64,000 bases of DNA from the NCBI GenBank assembly GCA_963716725.1, contig CAVQUB010000007.1:96001-160000 (forward strand), in the 5' to 3' direction. The stretch comes from an uncultured delta proteobacterium. Its GTDB lineage: Bacteria; Myxococcota_A; Polyangia; Polyangiales; Polyangiaceae. Below the pieces are notes generated by a model that worked only from the letters and a program-made list of their open reading frames with translations, searched no databases and was not told the DNA's origin. The translations under genes and the position numbers were made by a program. How positions within the stretch are numbered: the stretch's first letter is position 1; each line of letters opens with the position of its first letter. Positions 32,429-44,500 of this stretch are shown here, piece by piece.

Positions 32429-32875
32429 ATGAAAAACCGCGCTTTGCTTTGGTTGGGTACCGCCGTCTTGTTGCTCGGTTGCGCAAGCACCGGCAACGGT
32501 GGCGACGCCTCGGGACTCGATGACGACTACGGTGCGCCCGGCAACTCGAGGAACCCACTGCCCGGCGGCGGCATCGGCACGCCCGGCGGCGGCGAAGGCG
32601 GCGGCGGCGGCCAAGGTGCTCAGGGCGGCGGCGGATCCGGCGGCGGCATGGGCGGCGAAGGCGGCGGCATGGGCGGCGAAGGCGGCGGCATGGGCGGCGA
32701 AGGCGGCGGCATGGGCGGCGAAGGCGGCGGCATCGGCGGCGAAGGCGGCGGCGGCATGGGCGGCGGCACCGGAGCCTGCGAGTACCCCAACTGCGGGGGC
32801 TGCACCGACACATGCGAGTCGTGCTTGTGCATTTACCAAGGGAACGGCGAGGCGTGCGGCTCGGTCTGCGGCTAG
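32429..32875 (+). CDS. Small lipoprotein with GGEGGGM repeats and 8-Cys C-terminal domain
   Basis: Lipobox LLGC; C-terminus CEYPNCGGCTDTCESCLCIYQGNGEACGSVCG. Confidence 0.7.
   Translation: MKNRALLWLGTAVLLLGCASTGNGGDASGLDDDYGAPGNSRNPLPGGGIGTPGGGEGGGGGQGAQGGGGSGGGMGGEGGGMGGEGGGMGGEGGGMGGEGGGIGGEGGGGMGGGTGACEYPNCGGCTDTCESCLCIYQGNGEACGSVCG
32651..32758 (+). repeat. 21-bp coding tandem repeat (about 5 copies)
   Basis: GGCGGCGAAGGCGGCGGCATG units read directly. Confidence 0.9.
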
Positions 32876-32990
32876 CGGCGATCGCCACACGTGACCGGCG
32901 CTTCGCCGGTCGCTGAAGACGAGGCGCTCGGGTTTCCCGGGCGCCTTCGTCGTTTGTGGTTCTGGCCTGCGGATTGCTGGAGTTGGCGGC

Positions 32991-35351
32991 GTGCGCGCCG
33001 ACTCTCTCTTGTTGATCGCGTTGTCTCTCGCGGCGGGTCCGCTGGCGGCGGTCGCACCCGCGGCCGCGGGACTCAGCTTTGCGTTCGGGCTGGTCGTGGC
33101 GAGGAAGCGGACCTCGACCCGCGTGCTGGTGCTCGCGGCCCTGGCCTTCGCGCTGGGCGCCGTCGGTGCACGGGCCCGGGTGGCGTCTTGGTCGAGTGAT
33201 TGGCAACGGACTCGCGCCGCGCTGCCCGAGCCTCAGCGCTGCGCGGCCAGCGCGCGGGTCGTCGTCTCTCCCACGCGTCGCGGCGACAGCACCTCGTTTC
33301 TGGCGGAATTGCGCGCCATCGACTGCGAGGGCCGCGCCGTGCCGCCGCTGACGGCGCGGCTCTACGGTGAGAGCCACGATCTCGCACGCGGGGACGAGCT
33401 CGTGATCGTGGCGCAGATCGCGCCGGTTCAGCTATTTCAGAACCGCGATCTGCCCGATCCAAAGCCGGGTTCGGCTCGCCGGCGTGCGACCGCCAGCGGC
33501 ATGATGCTCTCGGCAGACCGCGTGGCGCGAGGCTCTTCGCTCAGCGCCGCCATCGACGCTGCTCGCAGCCACGCGCGCGCGGCCATCGAGCGCTCGTTCG
33601 TGCCCGCGGCCGCGCCGCTGGCGCGCGCCCTCGTGCTCGGTGAGAGTGACCTGGCTCCCGAAGACGATCAGGCCTTTCGCGAGAGCGGGCTCTCGCATCT
33701 GTTGGCGGTGAGCGGCACGCACCTCGTGTTTGCGGTGGCGGCCCTGGTCAGCGCGCTTTCGGCGCTCCTGGTGCGCGTCGAGTGCATCGCGTGCCGGATG
33801 GACGCGGGGCGTATCGCGGCCGCGCTCGGCGTGCCCATTGCCCTCGGCTACGCGGACTTTGCTGGTGGCAGCGGATCGGCCTGGCGCGCCGCTTGGATGC
33901 TCTCGGCAGCGTACCTCGTGCGCGCGCTCGGTCGACACGCTCGGCCGGAGCGCACCCTCGGCCTCTCGCTGATCGTCGGTGTGTGCGTCGATCCACTGCT
34001 TCCGTTCGACGTCTCGTTCCTGCTGTCGGCAGCGGCGACCGTCGGGCTGATCGTGCTCGGGCGTCCGTTCACCCGCCTGACCGCCCGCGTTGGCAATCGC
34101 GCGCTTCGCTTCGTGGCCGGGTCGGTCGCGACGACGCTGTCCGCGATGATCCCCTGCGCGCCGCTGTTGGCGCTGATGTCACCGGAGCAGACCCTCGCTG
34201 GGATCGCCGCCAACACGCTGGCTGCGCCCATCGGTGAGGCGGTCGCGCTGCCGCTCTGTCTGCTTCACCCGGTCGTCAGCGGAGTCGCCGGGCTCGAGCG
34301 CGGCATCGCCTTGGTCGGGTCCGGCGCGTTGCTCTGGGTGCGAGCCGTGGCGCATCTCGGAGCCTCCGCCAAATGGGCTACGTTTGCCGTGCCCGCGCCC
34401 ACCGAGTGGCATTTCGCCGTGCTCGCGGCCGCGGCGCTTGGCGCGTGGCTCCGGCGCCCGCGCTGGGCGTCGCTCAGCCTCGGTGCTCTGTTGCTAGTGC
34501 TGGTCGAGGGCGCCGCGATCCGCGCAGGCCACCCGAAGGGCCTCCTGCGGATCTCCATGCTCGACGTCGGGCAGGGAGACGCGCTGCTGGTCGATCTTCC
34601 CGACGGAACGCTGATGTTGGTCGACGGCGGCGGAACCGTCGGCAGTCCCGTCGATCCAGGAGCGCGGGTGATCGCGCCCGTACTGCGCGCGAGGCGCCGG
34701 GATCGCGTGGACATCGTGGTGCTCTCCCACCCGCACCCGGATCATTTCGGTGGCCTGAGCGCGGCCCTCGCGCGAGTCAACGTCGGCGAATTTTGGGACA
34801 GCGGACAGGGCGAACGCGAGGGCGCGGGACCAGCTTATCGTGCGCTGCTCACCAGCCTCCGAGCTCGGGGCACTCGCGTGATCCGCCCGGCGCAGCTCTG
34901 CGGGCGGCCGCGGATCTTCGGCGCTGCGGGGGTGTCCGTGCTCGCACCGTGTCCGAGCTTCGTTCCGGGTCGCGACGCGAACGACAACTCGATCGTGCTC
35001 GCGCTCGAGCTCGGAGGGCGGCGCGCGCTCTTGCTCGGTGACGCGGAGCAAGCGGAAGAGCGCGAGCTGGTCCAACACTGGGGGCATGCCTTGCGCTCTG
35101 ACTTCCTGAAGTTGGGACACCACGGCAGCCGGACCTCGAGCAGCGCGGCCTTCCTCGACGTCGTGAGTCCAACCCACGTGGGGATTTCCTGTGGACTGCG
35201 AAACCGCTTCGGTCACCCCCACCCGGAGACGCTCAGGGCCCTCCGCGAGCGAGGTGTCCACAGCTTGCGCACAGACCGACATGGGGCCGGATTCTGGCTG
35301 ACGGACGGCGCGAGCGTGCGCGTCGCCGTGAGCGAACCAAGCACCGATTGA
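32991..35351 (+). CDS. comEC: ComEC/Rec2 DNA uptake channel
   Basis: [43 protein letters not shown]. Confidence 0.93.
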   Translation: MRADSLLLIALSLAAGPLAAVAPAAAGLSFAFGLVVARKRTSTRVLVLAALAFALGAVGARARVASWSSDWQRTRAALPEPQRCAASARVVVSPTRRGDSTSFLAELRAIDCEGRAVPPLTARLYGESHDLARGDELVIVAQIAPVQLFQNRDLPDPKPGSARRRATASGMMLSADRVARGSSLSAAIDAARSHARAAIERSFVPAAAPLARALVLGESDLAPEDDQAFRESGLSHLLAVSGTHLVFAVAALVSALSALLVRVECIACRMDAGRIAAALGVPIALGYADFAGGSGSAWRAAWMLSAAYLVRALGRHARPERTLGLSLIVGVCVDPLLPFDVSFLLSAAATVGLIVLGRPFTRLTARVGNRALRFVAGSVATTLSAMIPCAPLLALMSPEQTLAGIAANTLAAPIGEAVALPLCLLHPVVSGVAGLERGIALVGSGALLWVRAVAHLGASAKWATFAVPAPTEWHFAVLAAAALGAWLRRPRWASLSLGALLLVLVEGAAIRAGHPKGLLRISMLDVGQGDALLVDLPDGTLMLVDGGGTVGSPVDPGARVIAPVLRARRRDRVDIVVLSHPHPDHFGGLSAALARVNVGEFWDSGQGEREGAGPAYRALLTSLRARGTRVIRPAQLCGRPRIFGAAGVSVLAPCPSFVPGRDANDNSIVLALELGGRRALLLGDAEQAEERELVQHWGHALRSDFLKLGHHGSRTSSSAAFLDVVSPTHVGISCGLRNRFGHPHPETLRALRERGVHSLRTDRHGAGFWLTDGASVRVAVSEPSTD

Positions 35352-35382
35352 CGGGCGGCTCCGGCATCGTTACCCGCGAGCC

Positions 35383-35931
35383 ATGGGCAACGCCTGGTAT
35401 CGAGAGAAGGTCACGACGCTGTACTCCGCCGAGCAGATCCAAGCGCGCGTCCGGGAGCTCGGCGCCGAGATCGCCCGAGACTACCGCGGCAAGCCCTTGG
35501 TCATCCTGTGTGTGCTCAAGGGCAGCTTCGTCTTCGCGGCGGATCTCGCGCGGGCCATCGACCTGCCCTTGCGGGTCGAGTTTCTCGGCGTGCAGAGCTA
35601 CGGTGACGACACCAATTCGAGCGGTGTGGTGAGGATCACTCTGGATCTCGCACGCCCCGTCGATGGCGAAGACGTGCTGATCGTCGAAGACATCGTCGAT
35701 ACCGGGCTCACGCTCGATTACCTGATGCACCAGGTGCAGTCGCGCAACGCCGCGAGCGTCAAGGTCTGCGCCCTCTTGCACAAGCCGGCGCGCACCCAGA
35801 AGAAGGTCTCCATCGACTACCTCGGATTCACCATCGACGACGTGTTCGTCGTTGGCTACGGGCTCGACTGGGCTCAGACCTACCGCAACATGCCGGAGAT
35901 CGGCGTGGTCATTTCTCCGAACGACGGCTGA
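35383..35931 (+). CDS. hpt: Hypoxanthine phosphoribosyltransferase
   Basis: [27 protein letters not shown]. Confidence 0.96.
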   Translation: MGNAWYREKVTTLYSAEQIQARVRELGAEIARDYRGKPLVILCVLKGSFVFAADLARAIDLPLRVEFLGVQSYGDDTNSSGVVRITLDLARPVDGEDVLIVEDIVDTGLTLDYLMHQVQSRNAASVKVCALLHKPARTQKKVSIDYLGFTIDDVFVVGYGLDWAQTYRNMPEIGVVISPNDG

Positions 35932-37253
35932 GTCGCTCGAGGCGCTCGCGGATCTGCTTCTCCAGACCCTCGTCGGACGGCTGGTAGAAGCGCCGTTCCG
36001 CGATCTCGTCCGGCAGGTAGGTCTCCCCGGGGACGTGGCTGCCCTCGAAGTCGTGGGCGTATTGGTAGCCCTTGCCGTAGCCCTCGTCCTTCATCAGCCG
36101 GCTCACCGCGTTGCGCAGCTTCATCGGTACTGGCAGCGCCCCCCTCTCCTGCAGAGTCGCGCGCGTGGCCTCGATGGCCCGCTTGACCGCGTTGGACTTG
36201 GGGCAGCTGGCCAAATACAGGCAGGCGTGAGCGAGGGGGTAGACGCCTTCGGGCAGGCCGATCCGTCGATACGCTTCGTCGGCGGCCACCGCCACGGTCA
36301 GCGCGCGCGGGTCCGCATTGCCGACGTCTTCGCTCGCAAAAATGATCAAGCGTCGCGAGAGGAAGAGCGGATCGTCTCCGGCGTCGAGCATGCGGAGCAG
36401 CCAATAGATCGCGGCGTCGGGATCGCTGCCGCGCATGGCTTTGATCAGCGCGCTGGAGACGTTGTAGTGCTCTTCTCCGGATTTGTCGTAGAGCAGCGTG
36501 CGCTCCTCGGCGCCGCGCCGCACGTCGTCGATCTCGAGCTGTGTGGCCTCGTCCGGCAACAGGCTCACCGCGGTCTCCAGCAGGCCCAGCGCTCGCCGCG
36601 CATCTCCGCTGCTCGTCTCGGCGATGGCCCGCAGGGCTTCGGGGGAGGCCTCGAGGCCGCGCGCGCCGAGGCCGCGCTCGCGATTTTCCAGGGCGCGCCC
36701 CAGCAAGCCCACCAGCGCCTCGTCCTCCAGGGCGTGGAGGCGCAGCACCTTGCAGCGCGACAGCACCGCCGCGTTCACCGAGAACGAGGGGTTCTCGGTG
36801 GTGGCGCCGATCAAGGTGATGGTGCCCGCCTCGACGTGGGGCAAGAAGGCGTCTTGTTGGCTCTTGTTGAAGCGATGGATCTCGTCGACGAAGAGCGTGG
36901 TGCGCTGTCCCTGGTACGAGAGGCGCTCACGGGCGGCGGCGATGATTTCCCTGAGTTCTGCCACCCCGCCGAGAACCGCCGAAAAGGGAACGAAATGGGA
37001 GCGCGTTGAACCCGCGATCACGTGGGCGAGGCTGGTCTTGCCGGATCCGGGTGGCCCCCACAAGACCAACGAGGGCACGCGGTCCTTCTGGATCGCGTCG
37101 GCCAGCCACTTCTCGTCGCCGATCAGGTGACGCTGTCCCGACCAGGTCGTCGAGCTTCCGCGGACGCATGCGGTCGGCCAGCGGGGCGTTCCCGGTCGCC
37201 TTGGCCGCCAGCAGCGTCGGCTGCTCCGGCACGTCCCGGCGCCGCTGCGCCAT
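35909..37253 (-). CDS. rarA: Replication-associated recombination AAA+ ATPase RarA/MgsA (frameshift near 37135)
   Basis: PLADRMRP in one frame, then [40 protein letters not shown] in the next. Confidence 0.92.
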
Positions 37254-37943
37254 CAGCCGCGGTCTCCGAAGATCGCGGTCCCGACCCGCACCCAGGTGGC
37301 GCCTGCCGCGACAGCGTGCTCCAGATCGTGAGTCATGCCCATGCTGAGTTCCGGCAGGCGCCCGGCGCCGCCGTGGGCGTCGCGGAGCGTCACCAGGCGA
37401 TCGAAGAAGGGGCGCGCGCCGACCGGATCGTCGGTGTGGGGCGGCACCGTCATCAGTCCGGTGAGCTGCAAGCTCTGGTGCGCGCTCGACCGCTCCGAGC
37501 ACCTCGCCCAGCTCAGCCGGCGAGCAACCGCTCTTCTGCGCCTCGCCGCCCACGTTGACCTCGACCAGCACGACCATGGGTTCGCGTCTCAAATCTGCTG
37601 CCCGCTTGCCCAGCTCCTCAGCCAGGCGGACCGAGTCCACGGTGTGGATCGTGCAGGCGAGCTCGGCGACGAGCTTGGCCTTGTTGCGCTGCAGATGCCC
37701 GATCATGTGCCAGCGCAGGCCGTCGAGATCCGCGAGCAAACCGGCTTTCTCGGCCAGTTCTTGCACGTAGCTTTCGCCGAAGTCGCGCTGACCGGCCGCG
37801 TAGGCGGCGCGCACGTCGTCGGCGGGCTTCGTCTTCGATACCGCGAGCAAGCGCACGGTTCTGGGTTCGCGGCCGGCGTTCAAGGCGGCGTGGGCGATGC
37901 GTTCGTTCAGCGCCTCGAGACGTGCGACGATGCTGTCACTCAA
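37253..37943 (-). CDS. yggS: PLP homeostasis protein YggS (frameshift near 37470)
   Basis: LAVSKTKP, FGESYVQE, WHMIGHLQRNK; then GLMTVPP, LSMGMTHD, VRVGTAIFG in another frame. Confidence 0.92.
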
Positions 37944-39141
37944 GCACCCCTCCGCGTCTGCGCGATGACATCGCGGTAGACCGCCATCGTGGCCTCGGCC
38001 ATGCGGTCGAGGCTGAAGCGCCGCGCGCGAGCCGTACCTCGCGCACTCGATCGCTCGCGCTCCCCCGAGCTACTGAGCAGCGTTCGGATCGCGTCTGCGA
38101 TGGCGTCGGCGTCTTCGGGGTCGACCTGATAGGCCGCGTCGCCGGCGATCTCGGCCAGGCTCGAGCGATCGCTGGTGATCACCGGGCAACCGCAGGCCAT
38201 GGCCTCGACCACGGGATATCCGAAACCCTCGGCGCGCGACGGGAAGAGCTGCGCCACCGCGCCGCGGTACAGTGCGGCGAGCTCGGCGTCGGACACGTAC
38301 CCAACCAGCCGCAGCGCGCCCGAAACGCCGTGTTCCAACGCGGTGCGACGGAGCTCGAGTTGCATTCCGAGATCCAGGCGCGCCGCCCAGACCATGACCA
38401 CGTCGGAGTCGGGAGACCGGCGGCGCACGTTGGAGAGCGCAGCCAGCATGCGCTCGTGGTTCTTGCGAAAGTCTGCTGAGCCGACGCAGAGCACGTAGTG
38501 CGATTCGCCGAGGCCGAAGCGAGCGCGCACCGCGGCGTCGTGCTCGCCCGGTTCGCTGGACCACCGCGACGAGATCGACGCCGTTGTAGACGACGCTGAT
38601 CTTCTTCGGTGACACGCCGAGCAGCGTGGTCAGATCGTTGGCGGTGGACTCGCTGACGGCGATGACGTGGGCGGCGGAGTGAAATCTGCCGCTGATCCAG
38701 CCGCTCCCGGCTAGCCCGAGTCCCGTCGCGCCACCCCACGTAGTGCCGGGGAAAGCGCAGTGGGATCAGATCGTGGCAGGTGGTGACGCGGGGGCAGCCC
38801 GGGGCGCCGAGGGGCGTCGCGCCCGGGTGTCCCGTGTGCAGCAGATCCGGTGACAGCGCCCGGGCCGCGGCCGACATCGCCACGCGGACACGGTAGGCCC
38901 AGGTCATGTGGGCCTGCGTCGCTCGGCCCTTTGCCGTGAGTCGTCCGACTGCGCCGGCCAGATCTTCGGTGACCGACGCGCCGCCCGCCCAGCCGAGGTC
39001 TTCGACACCGAGCACCCGGAGGTCCTCCGCGTTCGCGCTGGCGCGCCCGAGTCCGACGGCCAGGTCAGCGACGTAGCGCCCGATGCCGCGCGTGCGTGCG
39101 TTGGTCGTGAGCACGGTCAGATCGAGCAGGGCCGTGGTCAC
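37940..39141 (-). CDS. GT4 (group 1) glycosyltransferase with two frameshifts (about 38690 and 38570)
   Basis: TRGIGRY, HDLIP, VVYNGVD, EGFGYPVVEAMACG spread over three frames. Confidence 0.85.
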
Positions 39142-39163
39142 GGCGACGATCTAGCACGAAACC

Positions 39164-39739
39164 TCAGCCCGAAGACGAGGGAGCAGGGCTCGGGGCGGCG
39201 CTCGCGCCCCCGCGACTGACGCTGATCAGCGCGTCGCGCACGGTCTTGCTGTCGCCGGTCGAGCCTTGAAGGCGGCCCTTCAGCGCATCGCCGTCGAGCG
39301 TCAGGATGGCAAACCCGCCGAAGACACGCTCGCCCGGTTCTTTGGGCACGAAGCGGACTCGATACGAATCGCCGTCCACCTCGCCGACGACCAGGTGCTC
39401 GCCCAAGGCGCCGCTCGCGGATCCTCGGATGGCGCCAGAGGCGCTGATCGTGAACGTCACGCTGCCTCTCCCCTCGAGCGCGCCGCCGTCGTCCGCGGTC
39501 CACTCCCGCGGCCCTTCGTTCTTCGGAACTTCGATGGCGTACGCTTGCGCGTCGTAGTTGCCTTGCCAGGTCTGACTCTTGGCGGGGGCGGCGCTCGCCG
39601 ATGCGCTGGGGGCAGCGCTGGCGGCCATGGGCGCGGAAGGAAGTGCGGAGGAGCTGGCTGCGGGAGTCGGGGGTGCCGGTTGATCGCATCCCACGAACAG
39701 GACCAACGCCAACGCGGTCACCCCGAGGCGCAGGCTCAC
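39164..39739 (-). CDS. Hypothetical lipoprotein
   Basis: Lipobox FVGC, Ala/Pro/Ser linker, beta-rich domain. Confidence 0.65.
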   Translation of the reverse strand: MSLRLGVTALALVLFVGCDQPAPPTPAASSSALPSAPMAASAAPSASASAAPAKSQTWQGNYDAQAYAIEVPKNEGPREWTADDGGALEGRGSVTFTISASGAIRGSASGALGEHLVVGEVDGDSYRVRFVPKEPGERVFGGFAILTLDGDALKGRLQGSTGDSKTVRDALISVSRGGASAAPSPAPSSSG

Positions 39740-40800
39740 CTCGGACCCCCGCTCAGGATCTCGCGGATCCGCACGCCGAGCTCACCTTCGACCTCCACCA
39801 ACTCACCGCGGGCGACCTCGCGGCCCGCGACCCGCAATACGACGGGCTCGTTGATGCGCCGACCCGTCTCGATCACGTCGCCGGGCGCCAGCGCTGCCCA
39901 CTCCGCTGCGGTCAGCGAAATCGTCCCGACCTCGACGCGCACCACCACGGGCGCGTCCAGCACCGCTTCGGCGAGCGCCCCCTCCACGCCTTCCCGTTCC
40001 GAACTCATCTCGCCTTCCACGTCGAGCCCCAGCTCGACCACGCAGTCCCCTACCACGACCCCACCGTCCGGCGCCAAGTCCAGCGCGACGCCGCGCTCGC
40101 TCCGCGGCGCCGCCAGAGCGGCTCTGCCCGCACCACGCGGGTCGAGAAGCCAGCCCGCGCCGGGAAGCCAGGCGTCACCCGGAGTCAGCGACCCAAGCTC
40201 GCTCGGACTCGCGACGCAGACGGCCACGACCACGCCGAGACCGATTCGAGCTCACCCAGGGAGGCCAAGCTGACCGGCGGCGCCGGTCGCGCGCTGGCGC
40301 GGATCCACGCGCGCGCCGAATAGGGCCGTCCGTCGAACACGACCGTCGCCGAGACGTTCACGCAGGCCTCCCCGGGTCGCGCGCGACTCGAAGTCACCGA
40401 ACGCCTCCGGCGCCCCGCTCCGCCGCGCGATCTCACCGAGCAACGCGGCGAGGGCACCGGCAACGGTCGCGTCCAGCGGCGTCCCCGGCGCGGTGAGCCC
40501 GACCGGCCGCCCGAGCACGCGTCCGAGCAACCCGGAGATCAACGCAGCGTCGAGGGCGACCATCACCAGGGATCCGTCCGAGGTCTCGAAGGCAACGGTG
40601 TCGGCGTTGGTCGGGAACACATCGACGCTCACGTCTCCAAGCACGAGCGCCGTCTCGACCGACAGCACCTCGGAAGCCGCGCGCCCGAGCGCGTCTACCG
40701 TGATCGCCCGCGCGAGCGCGCGACGAGCGCGCCCCGCTTCGCGCCAGGCCGCTCTCGGGAGGCGCTCCAGCGACGCCCACGGGTAGGCGGAGACCCGCAT
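39736..40800 (-). CDS. FliM/FliN-SctQ (SPOA domain) C-ring-like protein, two frameshifts (about 40380 and 40240)
   Basis: C-terminal APVVVRVEVG...LAPGDVIET...VARGELVEVEGELGVRI SPOA signature; N-terminal part in other frames. Confidence 0.75.
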
Positions 40801-40903
40801 CGGCACCACTCATAACACGGCGACCGGCAATAACCCCTGAATTTCCCGGCGAATTCCCGGGCAATGTCGCGCTGTCGAATCTGACCGTGTTAGCGTTTGA
40901 GGC

Positions 40904-41509
40904 ATGAAGAGCAGGTTGTGGGTGCTGCCCCTCGCGTCAATCGTGTTTGCGCTGCCCGCGACCGCGAAGGACGACGCCGGACCGCGCAAGGATCCCCAAG
41001 GCATCAAGGGCATCAGCCCGTTTTGGGAGCAGATCAAGAAGGGCGACGACCTGTACGTGGCGCGGGACTTCGATGGTTCCATCGCGGCGTTCAAAGACGC
41101 CATCACCAAAGAGCCGCAGAACGCCCTGGGGCACTACCGCATCGGCGAGGCCCACCTCGCCAAGGGCGATACTCAAGAGGCCGAGACCGCCTGGGTCGCG
41201 GCGCTGCGCTTCGTCGGCAACGATCACCCCTTGAAGGCGAAGATCTTGTTCGTGCTCGCCGATCTGCGCGAACGCCAGAAGTCCTACGACGACGCCACGG
41301 ATCGCTGGAACGCCTACGCGCAGTTCGCCCAGCAGCAACCGGCGGCCAAGGCCTTCCCGAAGAGCGCCGAAGATCGCAAGGGCAAGATTGCGACCTGGAC
41401 CAAGCTCGTCACGGAGTACGCTGCGGTGAAGAAGCGCATCGAGACGCGTTTGAACGAGGCGGACGCCAAGGCCAAGGCCGACGCGATCAACTCCAAAAAA
41501 GACAAGTGA
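40904..41509 (+). CDS. Exported TPR protein
   Basis: Signal peptide; TPR-like helices (ALGHYRIGEAHLAKGD). Confidence 0.75.
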   Translation: MKSRLWVLPLASIVFALPATAKDDAGPRKDPQGIKGISPFWEQIKKGDDLYVARDFDGSIAAFKDAITKEPQNALGHYRIGEAHLAKGDTQEAETAWVAALRFVGNDHPLKAKILFVLADLRERQKSYDDATDRWNAYAQFAQQQPAAKAFPKSAEDRKGKIATWTKLVTEYAAVKKRIETRLNEADAKAKADAINSKKDK

Positions 41510-41512
41510 GCG

Positions 41513-44500
41513 TCAGCGCCCGAGGCGCAGGCGCACGTCCCGTCCGAGTGCCGCGTCGGCGCGACGGGCAAAGTCGAGGAACGCGGGGTAGGCCTCCGGC
41601 GTGACGCGTCCGGCCGGAATGTCCAGCACGCGATCGAGCAGGAGGACGCTGCCATCCAGACGATCGGCGATGGTCACGGAGCGATCCGCGTCCTTGATGG
41701 TGACGCCGGCCAACACGTCGCGGGGTGCGGCACCTTTCGGCGGCTGAATGCGCAGGCGGATCTCTTGATGCGTCGCTTCGCCGATCATGAGCGGCGTCTG
41801 GCGTGCCGGGAGCGTCGCGAGTTGGGCGACCCGCGGAGAAAATGGGGGTGAGATCGACAAGTCGCCGCCCACGCTCTGGGCAAACCCCGGCATCTCGGCC
41901 TTCATCTTCAAGAGCAGCGGGTGGTCCAGGTCGTCGAGATGGGTGATCTCGTGGCTCAGCAAGCGGGCGCCTCGGAGCGCCCGGCCCAGGAGCTTCGACT
42001 CCACGAGATCCCGCAGTTGGCTCTCGGGCAGTTGAATGAACGCGCTGCGCACGGCCATGGCGTACTTGCCGGAGAAGCTCTGGACCAGATCGAGCTTCGC
42101 GGATCCGTCCGCGGCCAGATCCACCGTGCCCTCGTAGGTCACGGAGTCTTCGGTGCCGCCCGCCGGCGTCACGATCTTCTTGGGTCCCGCCTCGGTCAAG
42201 ACGAAGGCCTCCACGCCGCGGATCTCAGCCGGAACGTAGCCGAAGGGAGCGAACTTGCTGGCGACGGTGAGCCAGATCGGTCCCTGTCCGGTCGATACGC
42301 GCACCAGCGGTTCCACGTATTGCGTGGCCTGCGTGATCTGGCCCGGAGCCGCCGGCGACAGGCGGTTCTTCGCCACCGCGTATTCGGTTTTGATCCCGAG
42401 CGAGCGGCACAAGGTCATGAACGCCCGCCAACGGTTGCCGCGCTTGCCGACGATGACGCGCCGTCCGTCGGCCTCGGGACCTTCTTCGACGTTCGATAGC
42501 ACCCAGCGGTAGAGCTTGCGGGTGCGTTCTCGCGTCTCGGTCCGCGGCAGCGGCGACACGATCTTGGTCGCGATGCGCCGGATGCGCGGATCGACCGGCG
42601 CGGCTTCGGCCAGTGAGTCGCCCAAGACAGCGACGCGTTCTTCCAAGCTGATACCCCAGCCGACGCGCACGCTCGGGAGGAACTCGGTGATGGGCGGGCT
42701 ACCCGGCTCGACCTCGGCCGCGGGGCTCTTGTCCACGCGCCAGCGCCGGCTCACGATGCCGTCCTTCTTCTCGATGGCAGGCGGCGGCACGTTGCCGTGA
42801 GTCTCGATGGCCAGGTCCTTGCTGTCCGGCACGATCATCACGAACTCGCTGCGCGCGTAGGCGATGTTCTCCTCACGGAAGAACCAGTGCGGGCTCACGT
42901 ACTGCTTGCCGCGGCCGTCGCCGGCCTTGCTCATCACGTGCTCGGTCTCGATGTAGTCGCCCACCTCGAGATGGGGGAAGGTGATGGTCGGCTTGCCGAC
43001 GACCTCCTCCGGCTCCAGTACTCGGCCGTCCTTCTTGATCACGCGGGCGTGCAGCACCACGCCTTCGAGCTTGGGGTGTTCCGCCAGCTTCCCGATGGCC
43101 TCGGGGCTCTGAATGCGGATGACCTCGTGCTCGAGCATGCGGCTCGAGCCGTCGTCATGAACCCAGATCGCGGCGTAGTCGAGCACGCGCGCCGCGGTGC
43201 CCTGCAGCGCGATCCCGCTCGCCTCGTAGTCGCGAATGATGGCCCGTGCGTCGAGCCGATAGTGCTCGAGCTCCGTCGTGCCCTCGACCAGATCCAACGC
43301 CTCCTCGAGGGCGCCAGTTCCCGCGCCGCTTGCCAGGGCGTCCACCAGCGCTTTGCGAAGCGAGTCGCGCTTGCCTGCGCCGTAGCGCGCGTCGGCCAGG
43401 GCGAGTCGCGCGGCGCCGTCCAGCGGGCTCTTGTCGATGGCGGCCTCGAGCTTCTTCCAGGTCTCCGAGGTATTGCCCGCGCGCACCATCACGTCGAAGA
43501 TCCGCTCCGCGAGGTCTTTGCGCTCCGGGTGCCGAGCCCCGATTCGGCGCAGCTCAGTCAGCGCCGCAGCGTAGTCTTCCCGGGCCAGCGCCCGGGTCAG
43601 ACCGACCTCGCTGTCCGGATCGAGGCGCCGGATGCGGGCCGCCAGGGCATCGGCCCGCGCCCGATCGCCCTGCACCTCGTGGACGGAGAGCGCCGCCGAG
43701 AGCGCCTCGACGTCGTCGGGGAAGCGCTCCGCGAGCTTCTTCGCCGCCTCGGTGTATTCCGCGGACCAGCCGAGCTCGCCGTAGAGACGCGCGAGCGCAA
43801 ACAGGAGCCCGGACACCTCGGGGTAAGCTTCCGTGAGCCCACGCAAGCGGCGCACGGCCTCCGTCGGGCCTGCGCGCTCGCCTTCCCAGAGCGCCAGGCT
43901 CAGCTCCGACTGCCAGAGCTTGGGATCCTTCTTGATAGCGCGCCCGTGGAGCTCGCGGGCGAGGTCACGCACGCTGGTGGGATCGAAGAGCGGATCCTTG
44001 TCTGCGAAGGTCGCCGACGCGCCCAGCACGAGACCAGTGGCCTTGGCGTTGTCCTTGATCAAGGGCTCGGTGAGCACCGCCGCGACGTCGCCTTGTCCCT
44101 CGGCGTAAGCCAGGTACGCCAACAAGAAGCGCGACACGTCGTCGCCCGGATCCACGACGCCGCTGGCTGCGATGTGTCGGCTCACGACGTTCGGATCGCC
44201 GACCACCTTCGGAGGCACGACGCTGTACGGTGCCGCGGCGTCGCTGGACGCCTTCACGTCCGCCGGGCGGCCGTCGGCCCGGAGTACGCGCAGGCTGGTC
44301 TGCGGATCCGCGAGACGCGCCACCACGCGGTGCCGACCAGCGTCGAGCCAGACCTGCACGCCGAAGCGCGGCCACACGCCCCAGATACGTGGATCGCGAT
44401 CCAAGAGCTTGGCATCGTCGATGAACAAAGCGAGGGCGCCTTGGGCCGCGATGATCACCTCCATCGATGACTCGAGCTCGAGGAAGGTCTCCGCGTAAAA

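Noticed and set aside
35909..39141. Programmed frameshifting or true pseudogenes in rarA, yggS and the glycosyltransferase
   Set aside because: No slippery motifs are evident and the breaks cluster spatially; sequencing error is more parsimonious.
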